The notes beneath the pieces are model-generated. The model did no database searches and was not told the DNA's origin. It saw nothing but the letters and a program-made list of their open reading frames with translations. Made by a program: the position numbers and the translations under genes. Positions 1-7,848 of a stretch of DNA of 51,940 nt are shown one piece after another. Position 1 is the first letter of the stretch. Every line of letters begins with the position of its first letter. The stretch is from Escherichia phage MLP1. The stretch lies in sequence record NC_079176; one strand, 5' to 3'.

Positions 1-666
1 GCTGCTGCTGCCAGCTTAGCACAGGAAGCCACCATTGATGTGGTAACTGTAGAAGGCTTACAATCTCTGCTTACATCACCGGAAGGTGAAGCTGCTGTGA
101 TGAAGCGTTTCAAACTGATGAAGCTGGCTAAAAGCATTTACAACGTCTTAATTCTCGATAACACTGAGAAGTATGATACCAAGTCAATTGCACTATCTGG
201 TGTGAAGGATTTGATTTGGGAATATTTGAAGATAGTTGCTGCCGCAGTTGGTATTCCGGCTACACGTTTCCTTTCTGCATCTCCAGACGGTATGAATGCT
301 ACGGGCGAATCTGACCTCGTAAACTATATCGACTTGTTGACTGGCTTGCAGACTTCTGTGTTCGACCCTCGTTTAGATGTGGTAGACAAGATTGTCCAAG
401 CGCACTTTGGCATTGAAGAATATGACTATGAATGGTTAGATATCTTCCCTGAATCCAACGTTGAGAAAGCGAAGCGAGCTAAAGATTTGGCGTTCGCTAT
501 TGACCTACTGGTTAACAACGGAACTATTACCACACAAGTTGCAAACGAAGTCATGTTCCATTCGGGCGTGTTCGGAACTTGTGACCTCGGTAAGCCAAAT
601 CCTAAACCTCCTAACATCCAAAAGGGTAACGCAAGTGAAGCAAAGCCAAAACCTGGTTCAGCTTAA
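1..666 (+). CDS. virion protein, C-terminal fragment (possibly portal); 5' end outside window
   Basis: Frame open from base 1 with no start codon in window, stop TAA 664-666; sits directly upstream of scaffold and capsid genes; no diagnostic motif recognised. Confidence 0.4.
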   Translation, partial: AAAASLAQEATIDVVTVEGLQSLLTSPEGEAAVMKRFKLMKLAKSIYNVLILDNTEKYDTKSIALSGVKDLIWEYLKIVAAAVGIPATRFLSASPDGMNATGESDLVNYIDLLTGLQTSVFDPRLDVVDKIVQAHFGIEEYDYEWLDIFPESNVEKAKRAKDLAFAIDLLVNNGTITTQVANEVMFHSGVFGTCDLGKPNPKPPNIQKGNASEAKPKPGSA

Positions 667-748
667 CGACGAAGATACCGTGAATGAAGTAGTTTTGTTA
701 ACCGACAAGGCTACTCTAACGACCCGTCGTTTACGTGACTCTGGCGAA

Positions 749-1699
749 ATGATTGCAGAATGCACCATCGCTCGTACTGGCATTATGCTGTACAAAGCGA
801 AAGAACTTGGTGAGATTGCAAAACATCTGGACCCAGAATCTATTTGCCGTGTTCGCACCAAGCCGGAAGTATTATTTGATGAAGCAACCATTGAAGGTTG
901 TCGCTCAATTCCGGTTACTATCGGCCATCCAAAAGATGACGTTAACACGAAGAACAACAAAGAACTCCAGAAAGGGTTCATCGAAGGTCGTCCAGTTGCA
1001 GACGGTTCTTTCTTGGCTGCATCAATCGTTTTGAATGACGAGCAAGCCATCCGATTAGTTGATTCTGGCGTTGACCAAATCTCCCTGGGCCATAATGCCG
1101 AACTGGCTGTTGCAGAAGATGCTGATGCAGACTTCGACAAAGTTCGTATTATCCCCAACCATGCTGCAATTGTTGTTCGTGGTCGTGCTCAGACTACTCG
1201 CATTGGCGACTCTGGTGAAGAGATTTCCATTGTTGACAAAGCAACCTTTGATGTTGTTGAAGCAGAGCGTGATGCAGCATTGGATAAAGTTTCCACTCTG
1301 GAACAGAAGCTCGCTGATGCAGAAACTGCACGCCTATCCGATGAAGCCATTCAGGCTGAGGTAGACAAGCGTGTTGTTGCTCGTACAGCATTGCTCATTG
1401 ACGTTGCCCGTTTGGGTGATGAATTTTCCAAGCTTGATTTCTCTGGCAAGACTGATGCAGAAGTTAAGTTGGCTGTTGTTAATAAGTTGCATGACAAGGA
1501 CTTCGGTGAGAAGAGTGAAGATTACATCTCCGCTCGTTTCGATGCGGCACTTGAAGATTGTGATTCCATTACTTTGGGCGATGCCCTGAACCAATCTATG
1601 CAATTCACTGCTAAGAAAGATTCAGAAGCTCGTAAGCCTAAAGTTTCTATTTCCGAAGAAGCTAACAAACGTCGTTTAGAACGCTTCAACTCTTTATAA
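749..1699 (+). CDS. putative head scaffolding / prohead-maturation protein
   Basis: Between portal-like and capsid genes; C-terminal half acidic and helical (EAERDAALDKVSTLEQKLADAETARL); start uncertain (ATG 749, alternatives GTG 680 or TTG 695). Confidence 0.4.
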   Translation: MIAECTIARTGIMLYKAKELGEIAKHLDPESICRVRTKPEVLFDEATIEGCRSIPVTIGHPKDDVNTKNNKELQKGFIEGRPVADGSFLAASIVLNDEQAIRLVDSGVDQISLGHNAELAVAEDADADFDKVRIIPNHAAIVVRGRAQTTRIGDSGEEISIVDKATFDVVEAERDAALDKVSTLEQKLADAETARLSDEAIQAEVDKRVVARTALLIDVARLGDEFSKLDFSGKTDAEVKLAVVNKLHDKDFGEKSEDYISARFDAALEDCDSITLGDALNQSMQFTAKKDSEARKPKVSISEEANKRRLERFNSL

Positions 1700-1708
1700 G
1701 GTAAGACA

Positions 1709-2182
1709 ATGCCAAAGCAAGATTGGTCTATTAATACTGGTGCAGCATATGCGGGTGAGCAATATGGCCTGGCTACCACTAACTCTCAGCGACTGACTTT
1801 CAATGCTGAAACTGAAATGGCTAACTTTGGTTTAGCTGTTGTTCAGGGTACTGCTTCTAATCAGGTTAAGCCTGGTATTGGTGTCGACGGCACTGTTCTG
1901 GGCATTACTATGCGCCAGATTAACATCGAATCTGCAACTCGTCCTGGTGACGGTACTGTTGCAATCAAAGCTGGCTGGCCTCTGGGCGTTATGCTGTCTG
2001 GCCCAATCATGGTCAAACTGGTCACTGCAATCACTGATAAGAACATTGGTGTGTCTGCCACTGGTCAATTTGGTGGTGTTGGTGCTGGTTATACTGCCGC
2101 TACCAACCTGACTGCACTTCGCTACCCTGCTGCTGCTGGTGATGTTGTTCCGGTCATGATTAACGTAGTCCCAAAGTCGTAA
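1709..2182 (+). CDS. capsid-associated (decoration-like) protein, zero-frame product
   Basis: 157-aa ORF with AAGGT ribosome-binding site, immediately upstream of major capsid gene; ends at TAA 2180-2182 just after a slippery heptamer. Confidence 0.5.
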   Translation: MPKQDWSINTGAAYAGEQYGLATTNSQRLTFNAETEMANFGLAVVQGTASNQVKPGIGVDGTVLGITMRQINIESATRPGDGTVAIKAGWPLGVMLSGPIMVKLVTAITDKNIGVSATGQFGGVGAGYTAATNLTALRYPAAAGDVVPVMINVVPKS

Positions 2183-2475
2183 CGCCACCTCCAGCACCGA
2201 CCGTTACTGCGGTAGCGGCGGCTGTGACTGCTGATGCTTCAACTACGGATGCTACCGTAACTGTTGATAAACTGTTTACGTTTGCAAACTCTGTTGCTAG
2301 CGACTACAACTTCACTGTTGACCCAGCGGTCGCCGGAGTAACTGTGGCGGCTAATGGTACTATAACTGTTGCAACTGCAACGATTGGTACTGCGACTTCT
2401 GCAACAATCAAAGCAACTCATAAGACTGCTCCTGGTGTAACTGCTACTAAAGCAATCACCATTACGCACCCTTAA
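2170..2475 (+). CDS. Ig-like C-terminal extension reached by -1 frameshift from the 1709 ORF
   Basis: Heptamer C CCA AAG at 2170-2176 in zero frame; -1 frame opens at 2164 right after its own TAA 2161-2163 and encodes a Pro-rich linker (VVTPPPAPTVTA) then a Thr/Val-rich beta-type domain to TAA 2473-2475. Confidence 0.5.
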   Translation, partial: PKVVTPPPAPTVTAVAAAVTADASTTDATVTVDKLFTFANSVASDYNFTVDPAVAGVTVAANGTITVATATIGTATSATIKATHKTAPGVTATKAITITHP

Positions 2476-2519
2476 GTTTAATTGGCGTAGAATAATCTGC
2501 GCCTAATGGAATAAATTTA

Positions 2520-3527
2520 ATGCCAAAGATGATTAAACTGGCCGACGGTTCTGAATTTGAACTGAATGATGCCATCACCCGTATCCAGGACTCTGGCACC
2601 GTTGTTTTGAATGACGACGACGCAGTGTTCTTTCAACGTCAGCTTGAGTTCATTGAAGCTCAAACTTACGACACCCTGTATCCTGAACTGGAAGCTCGTG
2701 CTGCTTTCGGTGTTGATACTACTGGCGGCGCTGGTGTTAACACGCTGACCTACCGTTCATACAACCATGTTGGTAAAGCTCAGGTAATCAACGCCCGTGC
2801 AACCGACCTGCCGAAGTCTAGCATTTCTGGCAAAGAATACAGCGTAACTGTTAAATCAGTTGGTACTGCATTCGATTACGACATTGACGAAGTAGCATCT
2901 GCTGCTGTAACTGGTCTGCCGCTGGAAACTCGTAAAGCAAACGCTGCTATCCGAGGTTACGAGCAGTATGTTAACTCTGCTGCATGGTACGGCGACCAGG
3001 CTAACGGCTTCGTTGGCTTCTTCGAAAACCCAGACATTACCAAAGCAACTGTTGCTCAGGGTGCTGGCGCTTCTACTAAGTGGGTCGAGAAGACTCCGAC
3101 CGAAGTTATTGCCGACCTGACTGCTGCTGTGTCTGCAATGTATGCCTCTACTCTGAAAATCATGCGCCCTGATGAAATCTGGATGCCTGTTGAGCATGAG
3201 CAGTACATCTTCAACACCGCACGTTCTGAACAGTCTGATAAGACGATTGGTCAGTTCTTCATTGCCAACAACCAGTTCATCAACTCCCGTGACAAAATCA
3301 AGGGTCTGAACGCAATCAAAGGTCACGGCGATGCTGGTTCTGATTGCTTCGTAGTTGTTTGCCGCAATGCAATGGGCAACCGTACTTTCCGTCTGCGTGA
3401 GCCCCTGCCGCTGACCTGGCAACCAGTGCAGCTTCATGGCCTGATTTATGAAGTACCTGGCCGTGGTCGTTTCGCTGGCTTCCAAACGATGTATCCGGCA
3501 GCAATCTCTATCAACTCCGGCATCTAA
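2520..3527 (+). CDS. major capsid protein (putative)
   Basis: 335-aa ORF in capsid position after scaffold/decoration genes; host-like high-expression codon choice; followed by a stable hairpin. Confidence 0.65.
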   Translation: MPKMIKLADGSEFELNDAITRIQDSGTVVLNDDDAVFFQRQLEFIEAQTYDTLYPELEARAAFGVDTTGGAGVNTLTYRSYNHVGKAQVINARATDLPKSSISGKEYSVTVKSVGTAFDYDIDEVASAAVTGLPLETRKANAAIRGYEQYVNSAAWYGDQANGFVGFFENPDITKATVAQGAGASTKWVEKTPTEVIADLTAAVSAMYASTLKIMRPDEIWMPVEHEQYIFNTARSEQSDKTIGQFFIANNQFINSRDKIKGLNAIKGHGDAGSDCFVVVCRNAMGNRTFRLREPLPLTWQPVQLHGLIYEVPGRGRFAGFQTMYPAAISINSGI

Positions 3528-3534
3528 CAAAACA

Positions 3535-3554
3535 GGGCGGGACTATTCTCGCCC
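3535..3554 (+). other. stem-loop after capsid gene (8-bp GC-rich stem, loop CTAT); no U-tract
   Basis: GGGCGGGA/TCTCGCCC pairing read directly; may be an RNA stability or processing element rather than a terminator. Confidence 0.3.
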
Positions 3555-3574
3555 ACAACTTAAGAGAAATAGTA

Positions 3575-4015
3575 ATGCAGATTAAGAACAACGAATCCCG
3601 CAACCTTCAATTCTTCTTCTATAAGAAAGGGAAGTCTGGCAAATCTGAACTGGACTTTATTCATGTTCCTGGCGGCGCAACTGTAGAAATCGACGACGAA
3701 GTTTACAAGTCCCTTACAGAATCCACTACGGAAGTTGAAGAGCTGCGCGAAGAAGTGGTTCAGCTTGATGACGAGAATATCGGTGCTTCTGTTAAGACTG
3801 GTAAAGAAGCTCTGGTCATCAAGGAGTATTACAGCACTGGTAAAACTCGTAAAGTCAACCTGGTTAAAGAAGCAATCAAAGCTGGCTCTCTTTCCATTGT
3901 TGAACGCGTGAAAGTTGGTATGCCTGATATTGATGCTATCCTTGTTAAGAACGGGGTTGACGTCAAGGGTATGCCAGAAGATGTTAAACTGGCTCTCTAC
4001 GATAAGTTGGCATAA
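3575..4015 (+). CDS. hypothetical virion protein (head completion/connector region)
   Basis: 146-aa ORF between capsid and tail genes; start overlaps nothing, next gene starts on its stop (TAATG). Confidence 0.3.
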   Translation: MQIKNNESRNLQFFFYKKGKSGKSELDFIHVPGGATVEIDDEVYKSLTESTTEVEELREEVVQLDDENIGASVKTGKEALVIKEYYSTGKTRKVNLVKEAIKAGSLSIVERVKVGMPDIDAILVKNGVDVKGMPEDVKLALYDKLA

Positions 4016-4404
4016 TGATTACACTGACCGATTTGGTGAAACGTTATCCGGCTATGGCTGACATGACCCAAGGACGTTTTGATATCTTAGTTGAAGATGC
4101 AAAACTTGTAATGGGCACAATCGAATCGCGTTGGTGTGGGTTTTATGACCCAGCTATGGCATCACTTGTCGCGCATTGGTCTTCAACAATTGACGACATA
4201 ATGCCTGGTGATGCCGCAATGCCAGCTATGCCCGTAAGTCGTACCGATGTGGACGATGTACAGGTAGAGTTCAGCGACCGAATCGTTTCGACTATTCCAT
4301 ATATCGAAGCTGATTTCATGTCAACTGTGTACGGTCAACGTTATTTGCAATGGCGGCGCATGGCATTTGCTGGGCCGAGGGTAAGTCCTGGGTTCCAGTT
4401 TTGA
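4015..4404 (+). CDS. hypothetical virion protein (head-tail joining region)
   Basis: 129-aa ORF, position only. Confidence 0.3.
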   Translation: MITLTDLVKRYPAMADMTQGRFDILVEDAKLVMGTIESRWCGFYDPAMASLVAHWSSTIDDIMPGDAAMPAMPVSRTDVDDVQVEFSDRIVSTIPYIEADFMSTVYGQRYLQWRRMAFAGPRVSPGFQF

Positions 4405-4766
4405 TTAATCAACGCTTAGCTTTCAACAAATACACAACCACGGGTCGTCCTACTCTTGCAGTATACATAGAAGGTCATTACGACAATCTTAATAATTGGG
4501 TGGAAGACTCTTGGGAACCTCCGAAGAAGTTCCGCTGTACTCCTATTGCATATGGTGACAGGGATTCGGGTGTAGCTGGTCAACAGCTTAAAGCAACGGA
4601 TGTTGGTGAGCGTCAACCATCATTCATGAAGATTCATAGTCGTACTGAGATGCCGATGAAATCAATCATCACTGTTTACGGCATTCAGTATAAAGTCATA
4701 GCAATAAACGATTATGAAGATGCCGGATTCTTCTCTGTAATTGCCGCTCGTGTATTGGAGAAGTGA
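4401..4766 (+). CDS. hypothetical virion protein (neck region)
   Basis: Frame open from ATG 4350; TTG 4401 overlaps upstream stop (tTGA) and is the start chosen here; ends TGA 4764-4766. Confidence 0.3.
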   Translation: MINQRLAFNKYTTTGRPTLAVYIEGHYDNLNNWVEDSWEPPKKFRCTPIAYGDRDSGVAGQQLKATDVGERQPSFMKIHSRTEMPMKSIITVYGIQYKVIAINDYEDAGFFSVIAARVLEK

Positions 4767-5281
4767 TGGATATTCGACTCGAAGAACTACAGTCCATGAA
4801 AGAGATTGTAGATGTGTGTGTAGGTATTCCAAAGTTTACCTACAACATGCAAATCAATGCTCCCAGACCCCATGGGGAGTATGCCGCAATCAAATGTTTA
4901 TCAAGCACCAACCCAGGCTTTGACGAGAACAGGATAGTAACCATTGATGGTGAAGAAATGTTCCGTACTCGTGGTGTTCGTATTCTGACATTTGCAATAT
5001 TGTTTTCTCGTGAGGGTGATGAATTTATCAAGTTTGATAATTCGTTTTACCGTCCCGATGTTCAAGCCAAATTGAAGCAGGAGAAGTTTGCTGCTCTTGG
5101 TAAAGAACCTTTAAATCTTGCCACCATACAAATGGAAACCAATTGGGAAGTTCGCCAAGCGGTTAAAATGCAATTCAATATCATTCGTGAAGATTTGAGT
5201 CCTATCGGAGTCATGTCTGGCGCACATGTTGGTGGCAACTTCTATGATGGTAATACACTTATCACAACCAAAAAGGTTTAA
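4766..5281 (+). CDS. putative tail completion / sheath-terminator protein
   Basis: ATG 4766 overlaps upstream stop; lies immediately before sheath gene. Confidence 0.3.
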   Translation: MDIRLEELQSMKEIVDVCVGIPKFTYNMQINAPRPHGEYAAIKCLSSTNPGFDENRIVTIDGEEMFRTRGVRILTFAILFSREGDEFIKFDNSFYRPDVQAKLKQEKFAALGKEPLNLATIQMETNWEVRQAVKMQFNIIREDLSPIGVMSGAHVGGNFYDGNTLITTKKV

Positions 5282-5283
5282 TA

Positions 5284-6732
5284 ATGTCAATCCCAATTTC
5301 TGACTTAGTTCAGGTTGATATCGCAATCTCCCCGAACGCCATTGCGACTGATGGTTTTGGGCCGTTGCTCTTCCTGAGCAAAGAGTTTGTACCAACCGTT
5401 GATGTATATCCGGTTCGCTCGTATACCAGTTTGAAAGAAGTTCTCGCAGACTTCCCTGGTGGTGAGATTGCTAAAGCTGCTACCTCTTGGTACTCGCAGA
5501 AGCCAACTCCGAAGACTTTCCTGGTCGGTGCTATCAAGTATGATACTCTGACTCCAGCAACTCCTGCCACTGTTACTGCTGCAACTGCTGCTGTACTGGC
5601 AACGATTAAGCTGGAAACTGCTGCAACCTTGCAACTAAGTGCTAGCGGTGTTCAGTACGTTACTGACCCGATTGATTTCTCTTCTGCTGCCGACTTCGAC
5701 GAAGTTGCAAATTTGGTAACTACTGCACTGTCTTCTGTTGGCGCTGGTGTGACTGTTACTCAGGAAGCTGGTAAGTTTAAACTGACTACCTCTGCAACTG
5801 GCGCTAACGCAACTATCAGCAACGTTGGTGGTAAAGTTGGTGAAGTGTTGAAGCTGCAATCTTCTGACAGTGCAGTTATTGTTGCTGGTAAGAACGAGCT
5901 ATCTATCTCTTCCGACTTGTCTAATATTGCAGATGCTCCATTCAACTTCTTCTATGTAGGCCTTGACCGCCAGTATCGTGGCAAAACCTCTCCAGTAGAC
6001 AACCAAATGTCTGTGGCGAAGTGGTGTGAAGCATCTAGCAAAGTATTTGGCTGGGGTGATAACGACAAGAACATTCTTATCAACGGCACTGATAACAGCT
6101 TCCGTCGTGCTAAGAACCAGAACCTGCGTAACACTCTGTGTGTTTACGATGCTTCTGCGAATGGTGATGAATATCCGGAAATTTCTATCCTGGGTCGTGC
6201 ATCAACTGTCAACTTTAACGTTGCAAACTCTGTTCTTATTCTGGCATACAAGAAAGGTCCAGGTATCTCCACTGCTGACCTGTCTTCTGGTCAGGTAAGC
6301 GCACTGCTTTCTTGTGGTGGTAACGCATTCATTTCTGTTGCTGGCAACGTAATGTTCTACAACGGTCGTATGGCTGATGGCACATGGTTCGACTCCGTAC
6401 AGGGTGTTGAATGGCTGACTCAGAAAGTTCGACTGAACGTGTTCAACTTGTTCTACACCTCCAATACTAAGATTCCTTGGACGGACACTGGTGTAGCAAT
6501 GGTTAACCAGCAAGTAACCCTGGCGCTTGAACTCGCTAAGACTAACGGCCTCATTGCCCCTGGCTATGATAACGAAGGTGTCTTCTATCCAGAAGGCTAC
6601 AAAGTTATTTCTACTCCGTTAGAACTCTTGCAGTCGCAGAAGGGTGAACGTATTTGGGAAGGTACTTCCTTTATTGCTATCGGTTCCGGTGCAATCCAGG
6701 GTGCTGTAATCTCTGGCAACTTCATTCAGTAA
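5284..6732 (+). CDS. tail sheath protein (putative)
   Basis: 482-aa ORF followed by a 151-aa tube-sized ORF, a chaperone pair with frameshift and a tape-measure-like gene: the canonical contractile-tail order. Confidence 0.55.
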   Translation: MSIPISDLVQVDIAISPNAIATDGFGPLLFLSKEFVPTVDVYPVRSYTSLKEVLADFPGGEIAKAATSWYSQKPTPKTFLVGAIKYDTLTPATPATVTAATAAVLATIKLETAATLQLSASGVQYVTDPIDFSSAADFDEVANLVTTALSSVGAGVTVTQEAGKFKLTTSATGANATISNVGGKVGEVLKLQSSDSAVIVAGKNELSISSDLSNIADAPFNFFYVGLDRQYRGKTSPVDNQMSVAKWCEASSKVFGWGDNDKNILINGTDNSFRRAKNQNLRNTLCVYDASANGDEYPEISILGRASTVNFNVANSVLILAYKKGPGISTADLSSGQVSALLSCGGNAFISVAGNVMFYNGRMADGTWFDSVQGVEWLTQKVRLNVFNLFYTSNTKIPWTDTGVAMVNQQVTLALELAKTNGLIAPGYDNEGVFYPEGYKVISTPLELLQSQKGERIWEGTSFIAIGSGAIQGAVISGNFIQ

Positions 6733-6741
6733 GGGTGAACA

Positions 6742-7197
6742 GTGAAGCAATATTCGTTTTATAATACAGACCTCCTGATTGACGGTGCTCGTGTAGACGG
6801 TTTTCAGGCAGGGCAATCTGTAATTACGGCACGCTACAACGTGCCACAGCATGTTCCTGTTATGGATGCTTACGGCAAACTTGCTGTAGCAACCACTGCT
6901 GACCAGTCTGGGATTATCACTTTCCCACTGCTGCAAACGGCAGATTGGAACGAAATCCTCTACCAACGTGCACAGCTTTCTCGTGCAACTGGTTTGTCTG
7001 GTAACAAATCCCTCTGGGAACCTTTGCAGTTGCAGTTGGTTGACAAGATGGGTGATGTTCTGGTTAACGGTGTCAATGGTGCAATTCTGCAACAGCCAGC
7101 AATCGTTCGTGGTGTAACTTTCACTTCGAATATGTGGGCTGTGTTTGTAGAACGCCTTACCATCGTAACTGGCCAGTATCCAGAAATCGGCGTCTAA
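6742..7197 (+). CDS. tail tube protein (putative)
   Basis: 151-aa ORF directly after sheath; GTG start with AAGGGTGA ribosome-binding site. Confidence 0.5.
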   Translation: MKQYSFYNTDLLIDGARVDGFQAGQSVITARYNVPQHVPVMDAYGKLAVATTADQSGIITFPLLQTADWNEILYQRAQLSRATGLSGNKSLWEPLQLQLVDKMGDVLVNGVNGAILQQPAIVRGVTFTSNMWAVFVERLTIVTGQYPEIGV

Positions 7198-7213
7198 TAT
7201 AAGGTAAAAGAGA

Positions 7214-7672
7214 ATGGCTTGTGAACTTCGCCAACGCGAGTTGCAAGCCGACTCTGGTGATATAGTCTTGGTTGGTACACGACAACTCGGTGCCAGCCAG
7301 GCTCTTGACCTCCAGGTCGAGCTTGTTCAGAAACTCGGTATTTCGATATTCCCATTCGTTGAGAATAAATACAACTTTGCAGATATTATTCATTTGATGC
7401 AGCAAGGTGGAACTCATACGGAAGTAACAGAATTAATTAAACGTGTAGTGTGCATGGCAACCATTGATGGTGTCGAAGTTAATCCACGCACTATGCAGAT
7501 GAAGTACAACGGCAATCTAATGCTTATGCACCATGTGTTTGCATTTGTTCTTGAATCGAACTTCCTTGATTTTTTCAAGCAAGGGCTCGAACTCAACGAA
7601 CGCAGACAGTTGGAGGCGGTGGAAGCATCCAAAATGGCCGAGCAGAAGAATTCGAGTCCGGAAACGATTTAA
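7214..7672 (+). CDS. tail assembly chaperone (short form)
   Basis: Acidic 152-aa ORF between tube and tape-measure genes; contains slippery site T TTT TTC. Confidence 0.55.
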   Translation: MACELRQRELQADSGDIVLVGTRQLGASQALDLQVELVQKLGISIFPFVENKYNFADIIHLMQQGGTHTEVTELIKRVVCMATIDGVEVNPRTMQMKYNGNLMLMHHVFAFVLESNFLDFFKQGLELNERRQLEAVEASKMAEQKNSSPETI

Positions 7673-7848
7673 CTCAGAAGTTCCCGGAAATAAAATACTT
7701 CCTGCACCGTCCTGTAATAGAGGACAGTTCTCTCTGTTCTCTTAAAGAACTCTCGGACGGAACCTACTCTATTATGGATTTGTTAACTTTCCACGCAATA
7801 CTTGATTTGCGTAATGAACTAAAACCTAAAGAAGAAGACAATGGCTAA
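7570..7848 (+). CDS. tail assembly chaperone -1 frameshift extension (long form)
   Basis: -1 frame has TGA at 7567-7569 then stays open from the heptamer at 7570-7576 to TAA 7846-7848, overlapping the tape-measure start at 7841. Confidence 0.5.
   Translation, partial: FFQARARTQRTQTVGGGGSIQNGRAEEFESGNDLTQKFPEIKYFLHRPVIEDSSLCSLKELSDGTYSIMDLLTFHAILDLRNELKPKEEDNG

Noticed and set aside
461-748. Upstream part of the 461-1699 ORF as given in the ORF track
   Set aside because: It overlaps the preceding gene by 200 nt in another frame; the true start is more likely just after the upstream stop
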